34,187 nt of DNA, taken from assembly GCA_043778225.1 (NCBI GenBank), contig JAYWGM010000031.1, forward strand, positions 1 to 34,187. The letters are read 5' to 3'. Position 1 is the stretch's first letter. Every line of letters starts with the position of its first letter. Positions 1 through 9,844 of this stretch are shown piece by piece. The notes under the pieces are model-generated. The model was not told the origin of the DNA. It ran no database searches and worked only from the letters and a program-made list of their open reading frames with translations. A program made the position numbers and the translations under genes. Origin of the DNA: Deinococcales bacterium. GTDB lineage: Bacteria; Deinococcota; Deinococci; Deinococcales; JAAFIG01.

Positions 1-56
1 AACGGTCAAACTGTCGCTCAAGCGTTAATTCGGTCTTTTATCACTCCTTTTAGTCG

Positions 57-87
57 GTTAATCAGTCAAAATACACGACTGATTAAC
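57..87. promoter_or_regulatory. Perfect 11-bp inverted repeat, putative operator
   Basis: GTTAATCAGTC (57-67), 9-nt spacer, GACTGATTAAC (77-87) in the non-coding region upstream of the first CDS; cognate regulator unknown. Confidence 0.4.
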
Positions 88-183
88 ATAACTTGGTATG
101 ATACTTTGATTAAATTTCGTTACAGAAAACTGTGTGCCGAAAATGCACAAATTTTTAAAGAAATCGAGTAAACTCTCAGGCAT

Positions 184-1536
184 ATGCGATTGCCTCAACA
201 ACTTCGGCTCTTTTTAGCAGTGGCGTTTGGCTTTCTCATCTCATGCTTTGCATTGGCGCAATCAGGTACGCAAATTCTTGCATACCTCAATGGTGAACCC
301 TTGACGACTTCTGAATTTGAGAATGCGTTTTCGCAAAACTCGACTGTTCAGGCATTGCGGGGAAATAAGTCTGCGGAAATCCAAAATGATTTGAAAGAAC
401 TTGTATTTCGCACAATTTTCATGCGGAAACTTATCGAGCAAAATTTGCGATACATTCGGGTAACAGATTTAGAATGGGAATCAGCGGTCAAAAAAAACCG
501 TCAACAACTTAATTTAAATAATGCCGAATTTGAAAAATACTTAGAGCGTTCTGGATTTACGACTGAATCATATCGCCAGCAGATTCTTCTCGATATTCGA
601 GTCCAACGATTTTCTAATCAGGTCACACAGAATTTGAGTTTTACGCAAGAAGAATTTGATTTTATCAAGAATTTAACGCCTGAAGATTACTTAACCACTT
701 CAAGTCTGGCTGAATTACGCAAACAACTGCTGAGCTTAAAGTCAAATGCAGAATTAGAGGCTTGGCTGATTCGTCTCGAGGCAACAAGTGATATTCAGTA
801 TCCTGAGCAAAGCACATCGTATTCAAAAAACAAGATTGTTGCTACCGTAAATAACAAGACAATACGAAATAATGAAGTGTTAAACACTGTGTACGCCTTT
901 CCAAATTTACTCAGTTACATGGATTTGGGAAAATATAAAAATATCATCACTGAAAAACTGATAGATCAACAAATTACCAGTCAAAGAGCTATTGAATTGG
1001 ATTTACCTTTTGTTGGATCGGAGGCAGAAATTCATTACCAGGTGTTGAATTATGAAAGCCGAAATGCAAGTGTAAGTGACAAAAAAGCTGAAGAGTATTA
1101 CAAGCAGAACTTATCATCATTTCAAACACCTGCGATGGCTCGAGTTCAATCTGTTACTTTTCCAAACCTGAAACAAGCTGAAAGTTTTCGAGCCATCCTT
1201 TTAAGAAACGGTGATGTATCCCGTACTGCAAGACAATTCAATGCACCTGTATCAGAGCATAATCAGACTCGACCACAAGACTGGGCATTGGAATCTCGAA
1301 ATGCTATTTTTGTTAAACCAACTCAGAAAATAGGTAAGGTTGAAGTATCCATGGTCACTAAAGTCAGCAACCAATTTATTGTCTATGTGATTCGTGACCG
1401 TAAAAAAGCCATCAAGCCAAGTTTCTTACAAGCTCGACCGCAAATTCAGAAAATCTTAATGCCCTTAGCTCGAGTAGAAATGCAAGTGGCTTGGCTTTCA
1501 AAAGCTCGAGCCAGCGCAGAAATCAAAGTATTTTAA
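184..1536 (+). CDS. Exported SurA/PrsA-like foldase (SurA N-terminal domains plus degenerate PpiC-like region)
   Basis: Signal peptide (..CFALAQ); two 'LAYLNGEPLT'/'VATVNNKTI' SurA-N starts; 'EEYYKQNLSSFQTPAMARVQ' and 'PSFLQARPQI..WLSKARASAEIK' PrsA/SurA-type segments; visibly more AT-rich than neighbours. Confidence 0.7.
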   Translation: MRLPQQLRLFLAVAFGFLISCFALAQSGTQILAYLNGEPLTTSEFENAFSQNSTVQALRGNKSAEIQNDLKELVFRTIFMRKLIEQNLRYIRVTDLEWESAVKKNRQQLNLNNAEFEKYLERSGFTTESYRQQILLDIRVQRFSNQVTQNLSFTQEEFDFIKNLTPEDYLTTSSLAELRKQLLSLKSNAELEAWLIRLEATSDIQYPEQSTSYSKNKIVATVNNKTIRNNEVLNTVYAFPNLLSYMDLGKYKNIITEKLIDQQITSQRAIELDLPFVGSEAEIHYQVLNYESRNASVSDKKAEEYYKQNLSSFQTPAMARVQSVTFPNLKQAESFRAILLRNGDVSRTARQFNAPVSEHNQTRPQDWALESRNAIFVKPTQKIGKVEVSMVTKVSNQFIVYVIRDRKKAIKPSFLQARPQIQKILMPLARVEMQVAWLSKARASAEIKVF

Positions 1537-1561
1537 TAAAATCAAAGCGGAAAACCCGTAC

Positions 1562-3061
1562 TTAGACCAATCCATAAAGCCCACTAAATTTGCGCTCGAG
1601 ATACCCAAGATACGGTTTGGCTGTTAAAGCCTGTCCTGTGGAACGGACTATCAGTTCTGGTGGTAAGTACGTTTTGCCGTGGCGCAGCACCGCATGGGTC
1701 AGCCATTGCAAAAGCGGTTTATATTCGCCCCGAGCAAACATGGCGTTTAAGTCGCCCATTTGTGAACCAGCTTTTTCAAAGAGTTGGACACTTAAAATGT
1801 TGCCAAGGCTGTAGGTTGGAAAGTAAGCAAAGAGCGCATTTGACCAGTGAATATCCTGCATGATGCCACTGGCATAGTCGGGTGGCGTAATCCCAAGGTA
1901 TTCTTGCATCTTGGCGTTCCAGGCTTCGGGCAAGTCGGCAACTTTGAGTTTATCTTCAAAGACCGCTAACTCGAGTTCAAAGCGCAACATGATGTGCAAG
2001 TTGTAGGTCAGTTCGTCGGCTTCGACCCGAATAAAACTGGGCTTGACACGGTTGACCAATTTGTACATCGTGCTTGCGTCCACATCGTGCAGTGCATCTG
2101 GGAAATGTTTTTGGGCAATCGCAAACCAGTGCTGCCAAAAGCCATCGGAGCGTCCGACCAGGTTCTCCCACATTCGAGATTGGCTTTCGTGAGCGGTACT
2201 CCATGCGCCTCGAGCCAGTGGGGTGCGGCGCAAGTCATCGCTGGTGTTTTGTTCGTACATCGCATGACCCGATTCGTGCAGCGTGCCGTACAATGCCATT
2301 GGAAAATAATTGGGGTCAAAACGGGTGGTGATTCGCACATCATCTTTACCAAAACTGGTGGCGAACGGATGGGCGGTAATATCCAAACGCCCTCGAGTCA
2401 GGTCGTAACCGAAAGCCTGTGCCACCTCGAGCGCAAATGCACGTTGCGCCTCGGGTGGAAAATGCCGTGTTAAAACACTGTAATCGGTGGTTTCGCCAGC
2501 CGCCACGATTTTCTCGAGAAGCGGCACAGTAAAGGCGCGAACATCGGCAAACACAGTTTTAATATCCTCGGTCTTTAAGCCGGGGTCAAAATCCCAAAGC
2601 AGCGCATCGTATGGGTGCGTTTCAAAACCATAAAAATCTGCTGACCGACGTGCATAGTCAAACATTTTCTCGAGGTGCGGCTTAAAAGCAGTCCAATCGT
2701 TTTGATGGCGGGCTGCTTCCCAGACCGAACCAGACAGGCTTTTGGCGGCTGCAAATTCGGTCACAAAATCGGTTGGGAGTTTGGATTTACGATCCACTTC
2801 AAGGCGCAGTAAGCGCAGCAGCGCCCCATCTAAAGAATCGGCATTTTGCAGTGTTGGCTCGAGAAGCGCTAACAATTCTTGAATTCGTGGCGCAGTGTTC
2901 TTTTGGTGCAGCAAACGCGCCATGGTCGCCATTTGGTTGGCTCGAGATGCGGCTGCCCCTTTGGGCATTTGGGTTTCTTTATCCCAACTGACCAGTTGTG
3001 CCACAGCCGTTAAATCCGAGATTTCTGCCAGCAGGATTTTAAGTTCCTCGAGTTGATTCAT
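1562..3061 (-). CDS. Carboxypeptidase M32 (Taq-type metallocarboxypeptidase)
   Basis: HESGH (HEXXH), HPF, DVRITTR, HESQS, IRVEAD, QDIHW and YFPTY motifs. Confidence 0.96.
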   Translation of the reverse strand: MNQLEELKILLAEISDLTAVAQLVSWDKETQMPKGAAASRANQMATMARLLHQKNTAPRIQELLALLEPTLQNADSLDGALLRLLRLEVDRKSKLPTDFVTEFAAAKSLSGSVWEAARHQNDWTAFKPHLEKMFDYARRSADFYGFETHPYDALLWDFDPGLKTEDIKTVFADVRAFTVPLLEKIVAAGETTDYSVLTRHFPPEAQRAFALEVAQAFGYDLTRGRLDITAHPFATSFGKDDVRITTRFDPNYFPMALYGTLHESGHAMYEQNTSDDLRRTPLARGAWSTAHESQSRMWENLVGRSDGFWQHWFAIAQKHFPDALHDVDASTMYKLVNRVKPSFIRVEADELTYNLHIMLRFELELAVFEDKLKVADLPEAWNAKMQEYLGITPPDYASGIMQDIHWSNALFAYFPTYSLGNILSVQLFEKAGSQMGDLNAMFARGEYKPLLQWLTHAVLRHGKTYLPPELIVRSTGQALTAKPYLGYLERKFSGLYGLV

Positions 3062-3172
3062 GTTCGTTAGTTTACCGCAGCCGAATTGACAGGATGTCTA
3101 AAGCGTGAAAGTTGAGGGCTTGTCTAACTCTTTGTCTGCCAATCGGCTGTTTCTTACGTTAAACTATGCCCA

Positions 3173-5670
<2,498 letters not shown>

Positions 5671-5831
5671 TAATTCGCTCTTTTTTAGTGTCCTGCTCGA
5701 GTAGATTCTTATTTCTCGAGCAAACGCTGTTTTTTAACTTATCTGATTTTATCTTCTCGAGAACGCATTTTTTTTAGCTCTATTGCCAAATGTCTCTTGC
5801 TCGACTGCAAATTTATTTGAATCCTTCATAA

Positions 5832-5948
5832 TTCATGGGTTATTGAGGGAGTAGCCACCTCGAGCAGAGGTTTGCGTGGTCGTCAGTACGAATCTTGTTT
5901 TCTGGGGAAAGCAGCATTCCGGCGCGCATACAAGAGCGAGACTCATAA
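5832..5948 (+). ncRNA. yybP-ykoY (Mn2+-sensing) riboswitch
   Basis: Conserved segments GGGAGTAG, CGTCAGTAC, TCCGG and GCGAGAC in the expected order; ATGGGT/ACTCAT closing helix; lies directly upstream of a TerC/Alx gene, the canonical context. Confidence 0.85.
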
Positions 5949-5964
5949 GGAAAAGGGGTTTCTT

Positions 5965-6960
5965 ATGGAAAATGCCGTTGCCAATATCGTTGTGCCGCTC
6001 TGGGTTTGGGGCGCTTTTTTAGTCGGTGTGCTGGCGATGCTGGCGCTTGATTTAGGGGTTTTTAACCGTAAAGCCCATGTTGTGACTGCCAAGGAAGCCG
6101 CCATCTGGACAGCCGTCTGGGTCAGCCTTGGTTTAGCCTTTGCGGCGATTATTTTTGTCTGGCAGGGACAGCAAAAAGGCTTTGAATGGCTGACTGGCTA
6201 TGTGGTCGAGTATAGCTTGGCAGTGGATAATATTTTTGTCTTTGTTTTGGTTTTTGGCTACTTCAAAGTGCCGCCCGAGTACCGTCATCGGGTTTTGTTC
6301 TGGGGCATTTTGGGGGCGCTGGTAATGCGTGGCGCAATGATTGGTTTAGGGGCAACATTGATTAAAGAATTCCACTGGATTCTGATTTTCTTTGGCGTTT
6401 TTTTACTCTATACGGGTATCAAAATGCTGACCACCAAAGAGTCGGATGCCCATGTGGACATGGATAAAAATCCAGCCATTAAGCTCGCCAAGCGTTTTTT
6501 TAAGGTCACCGAGCATTACGATGGTCAAAAGTTTTTTACCATCCACAATGGGGTACGGATGGCAACCCCGCTTTTTTTGGTGCTGGTTTTTATCGAATTC
6601 ACCGATTTAATTTTTGCGGTGGACAGCATCCCAGCAATTTTTGCAATCACCACCGACCCGTTTATTGTCTTCACTTCTAACGTTATGGCAATTTTGGGCT
6701 TACGCAGTCTCTACTTTTTATTAGCCGATATTGTTGACCGCTTTGTTTACCTCAAGACTGGCTTGGCGGTTATCTTGAGTTTTGTTGGGGTCAAACTCCT
6801 GATGCCCGATGTTTCCAAATGGATTCTGGGCGAGAGCATCAAAATCCCAACCGCGCTTTCGCTGGGGGTGATTGTCAGTATCTTGGCAATCAGCGTCATC
6901 GCCAGCCTAATCAAAACCGCCAAGCGCCCAGACTCGAGTCTCGAGGAAAAAGAGGCTTAA
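5965..6960 (+). CDS. alx: TerC/Alx family metal homeostasis membrane protein
   Basis: EYSLAVDNIFVF, HRVLFWGILGALVMRG, FAVDSIPA, FTSNVMAILGLRSLYF; start moved to ATG 5965 (purine-rich RBS, downstream of the riboswitch) rather than 5872. Confidence 0.92.
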   Translation: MENAVANIVVPLWVWGAFLVGVLAMLALDLGVFNRKAHVVTAKEAAIWTAVWVSLGLAFAAIIFVWQGQQKGFEWLTGYVVEYSLAVDNIFVFVLVFGYFKVPPEYRHRVLFWGILGALVMRGAMIGLGATLIKEFHWILIFFGVFLLYTGIKMLTTKESDAHVDMDKNPAIKLAKRFFKVTEHYDGQKFFTIHNGVRMATPLFLVLVFIEFTDLIFAVDSIPAIFAITTDPFIVFTSNVMAILGLRSLYFLLADIVDRFVYLKTGLAVILSFVGVKLLMPDVSKWILGESIKIPTALSLGVIVSILAISVIASLIKTAKRPDSSLEEKEA

Positions 6961-6969
6961 CTTTAGGAA

Positions 6970-6995
6970 AGAGGCAGGGTTAAAACCTTGCCTCT
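6970..6995. terminator. Hairpin between convergent alx and fabF, likely terminator
   Basis: AGAGGCAGGGTT / AACCTTGCCTCT 12-bp stem with one G-T pair, overlapping the fabF stop codon. Confidence 0.65.
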
Positions 6996-8232
6996 AAACA
7001 AAGCGCTTAAAAACCGCCACCGCGTTTTGTCCACCAAAAGCATTGGAGTTTGAAATCGCGTACTCAACTTGTTGTTCTCGAGGAAAATTAGGAATGTAAT
7101 CCAAATCGAGTTCTGGGTCTGGGTCTATGTAGTTAATGGTTGGCGGCAAAATACCCGTGTGCAGGGCTTGCATCACGGCGATTGCTTCGATTGCCCCAGC
7201 TGCCCCGAGCAGGTGTCCGGTCATGGATTTGGTGCTGCTGGTGGCAAGTTTTTTGGCATGGTCGCCAAAGACCACTTTTACACCTTGGGTTTCTGCCAAG
7301 TCGTTCATCGGGGTGCTTGTGCCGTGCAGGTTGGCATAACCAATTTGGTCGGCATTGACTTTTGAATTCCGCAGGGCGCGTTCAATCGCCATCACATAGC
7401 CGCGTCCTTCGGGGGCTGGGGCAGTGATATGGAACGCATCGGCAGCCAAGCCAGCGCCCAGCATCTCGCCGTAAATTCGTGCGCCACGGGCGGTGGCGTG
7501 TTCGAGCGTCTCGAGAATCAAAACCCCAGCCCCTTCGCCCATCACAAAGCCATCTCGAGATTTGGTAAACGGACGGCTGGCGGTTTTTGGGTCATCGTTG
7601 CGGGTGGATAACGCTCCCATGTTGCCAAATGCCCCAATCGACAATGGTGTGACCGCCGCTTCTGCGCCGCCAACAATCATCACTTGGCAGTCGCCTCGGT
7701 TCAGGAAGTGGTAGGCATCATGCAGTGCCACAGTGCTGGTGCTGCAAGCCGTGACAATGCTGCTCGAGACTCCAGTGCTGCCATAACGAATCGCCACTTG
7801 CCCAGTTGCCATATTGGCAATCATCATTGGAATAAAAAATGGGCTGAGTCGGTCTGCGCCGCGTTCGACCATGATTCGGGTCTGATTCTCGAAGGTTTCC
7901 ATGCCACCAATGCCCGTACCAATTAAAGTACCGACTTCAGGACCTTCGAGTTGGCTCAGTTCTAGCCCCGCATCCAAGCGGGCAAGTTCGGCAGCCACAA
8001 GGGTCAGTTGGACATACCTATCCATGCGTTTAAGTTCTCGAGCCTCTAAGCCATAATCGGCAAAGTCTATGTTGACTTCGGCAGCAAAGTGACAACGCAA
8101 TTTGCTGGTGTCAAATTTTGTAATGTAGTCCACGCCACTTTTGCCAGCCATCTGGGCTGCTAAAAAAGCCTCTGCGCCAATGCCAATGGCAGTCACAGGT
8201 CCAAGTCCGGTAATTACAACACGATGCGCCAT
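6994..8232 (-). CDS. fabF: 3-oxoacyl-ACP synthase II
   Basis: RVVITGLG, TACST catalytic Cys, HGTST and GHLLGAAG His motifs, SNAFGGQN. Confidence 0.95.
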   Translation of the reverse strand: MAHRVVITGLGPVTAIGIGAEAFLAAQMAGKSGVDYITKFDTSKLRCHFAAEVNIDFADYGLEARELKRMDRYVQLTLVAAELARLDAGLELSQLEGPEVGTLIGTGIGGMETFENQTRIMVERGADRLSPFFIPMMIANMATGQVAIRYGSTGVSSSIVTACSTSTVALHDAYHFLNRGDCQVMIVGGAEAAVTPLSIGAFGNMGALSTRNDDPKTASRPFTKSRDGFVMGEGAGVLILETLEHATARGARIYGEMLGAGLAADAFHITAPAPEGRGYVMAIERALRNSKVNADQIGYANLHGTSTPMNDLAETQGVKVVFGDHAKKLATSSTKSMTGHLLGAAGAIEAIAVMQALHTGILPPTINYIDPDPELDLDYIPNFPREQQVEYAISNSNAFGGQNAVAVFKRFV

Positions 8233-8263
8233 AAAAGGCAGTCTACCCGATGTGCCACAAAAA

Positions 8264-8746
8264 TTATACTTGACTCGAGCTTGCGGGCGGAATCAGTACC
8301 GTTTCTTGGACAATAAAGCCGTTTTGCAAAGCTGTTTTTGCCCAGTGTTGTGCCGACTCGAGGTTGTGGTCGCGGTAATTACCACATTCAAGCTCTGACA
8401 CACCCGGAATCCGAACCACATCAGCCACCGAAAGCAGGGTTTGCTCGAGTGCGGTTTTAACTTCTGTGGCAGCAACCTCGCCTTCGTGAACCAAGTAAAA
8501 ACCGGTGCGGCAACCCATCGGCGAAAGGTCAATCACACCGCTCAGGTGGTCGCGCAGACCGCCAGCCAGCAGATGTTCTAAGGTGTGCATTGCCCCAGTC
8601 TCGAGTGCGCCTTGGTTGGGTTGGGCGAGGCGCAAATCGAATTTGGTGATGATGTCGCCGTGCTTGGTGGTGTGCCGTCCAGCCAAGCGCACATAGGGAG
8701 CGCGAACTCGAGTGTGGTCGAGGTTAAAAGATTCAACGTTTGCCAT
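8264..8746 (-). CDS. luxS: S-ribosylhomocysteine lyase
   Basis: VESFNLDHT, HTLEH, SPMGCRTGFY, CGNY..H. Confidence 0.97.
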   Translation of the reverse strand: MANVESFNLDHTRVRAPYVRLAGRHTTKHGDIITKFDLRLAQPNQGALETGAMHTLEHLLAGGLRDHLSGVIDLSPMGCRTGFYLVHEGEVAATEVKTALEQTLLSVADVVRIPGVSELECGNYRDHNLESAQHWAKTALQNGFIVQETVLIPPASSSQV

Positions 8747-8749
8747 GAC

Positions 8750-9625
8750 CTAGGATACACCCTTTTGCCACATATCGGTTTTGGGCTTGCGGCGTGGATT
8801 TAAGAACCACTCAAGCATCGCTGGGAAACGTTTGCGCCATTCGTGTTCGGCATGAATACCAGTTGTGTCCTCGAGAAAGACCAAATCGTAGCAGCCTTGC
8901 GAAACCAGCATCCCCGCAATTTTTCGATTGTCCTCGAGATACGATTGACTGTCTTTGCTCTGTCCACCCTCGAGATGCCCGCAATCCATATAAATACGGG
9001 CGTTTGGGGCGATATGGCTTTGGACATAGGGCAACAATCCAGACCGTCCGACCCAAAAAGCACTCGAGAAACAACCCGCAAAACCAAACACATCTGGGGC
9101 TTCGAGCAGGGCATACAAGCTCATGATGCCACCCATGCTGCTGCCCGCGATGCCCGTAAATCTGGGGGCGGTCAGGGTGCGAAAACTCAAATCCACAAGC
9201 GGCTTAACGACTTCAATCAGATAATCGAGGTATTCGTGGGCGCGTCCACCAGCCCCACCGCTGATGCCGGGCAATTTTATTTTGGCTTCAAACCACGGTC
9301 CATATTCGTCAATTCGTGCCACGCCAGCATTTGGCACTGCCACGATAATGCACTCGAGTCCACGTTTGGCTAAGCGCTCGGCGGCTTCGTCGGCTGCCCA
9401 CTCGCCCGAGTAACTGGTTTTTTTATCAAAACAATTTTGTCCGTCGTGCATATACAAGACTGGATAATGGGCGGTTTTGATTTTGCTATAACTCGGCGGC
9501 AAATACACCAAGATGTCTCGAGCCGCGACTGTTCCGCCAGCTACTTTGCGTTTGACCCGAACTTGCCCGACCACCGAATGACCATCTTTATTGGGGTAAG
9601 CCCGTTCGTAGGCAATCCAACTCAT
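8750..9625 (-). CDS. Alpha/beta hydrolase (putative esterase family)
   Basis: VYLPPSY, YPVLYMHDGQN, GSSMGG nucleophile elbow, C-terminal H.E..W. Confidence 0.88.
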   Translation of the reverse strand: MSWIAYERAYPNKDGHSVVGQVRVKRKVAGGTVAARDILVYLPPSYSKIKTAHYPVLYMHDGQNCFDKKTSYSGEWAADEAAERLAKRGLECIIVAVPNAGVARIDEYGPWFEAKIKLPGISGGAGGRAHEYLDYLIEVVKPLVDLSFRTLTAPRFTGIAGSSMGGIMSLYALLEAPDVFGFAGCFSSAFWVGRSGLLPYVQSHIAPNARIYMDCGHLEGGQSKDSQSYLEDNRKIAGMLVSQGCYDLVFLEDTTGIHAEHEWRKRFPAMLEWFLNPRRKPKTDMWQKGVS

Positions 9626-9675
9626 ACAAACCTCGAGCCAAAAAATAATAGACCTCTTAGATAAATAAATTCTGT

Positions 9676-9762
9676 CTCTGAAAGCAGGGTAATGACAAGC
9701 ATCACCCCTACAGAAAAACGATTTTTGTAGGGTGCGAACCTTGTGTTCGCCCCGCTAAAAAT
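9676..9762. repeat. GTAG-family REP doublet (REPIN-like), uninterrupted allele
   Basis: Inverted REP AGCAGGGTAATGACAAGCATCACCCCTAC (9683-9711) and REP GTAGGGTGCGAACCTTGTGTTCGCCCCGCT (9727-9756); homologous to the reverse complement of 33370-33510. Confidence 0.8.
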
Positions 9763-9844
9763 GAACGATTTGGACTTATGTAAGAAGTCTAATTGCTTAA
9801 ATCGAAACAACATGACTCGAATCATAACTGGTTAAACTAGGTCT

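Noticed and set aside
6994..9625. Esterase-luxS-fabF as a novel quorum-signal biosynthesis cluster
   Set aside because: fabF has its own leaderless -10, all three are ordinary housekeeping families, and no ACP or tailoring genes are adjacent
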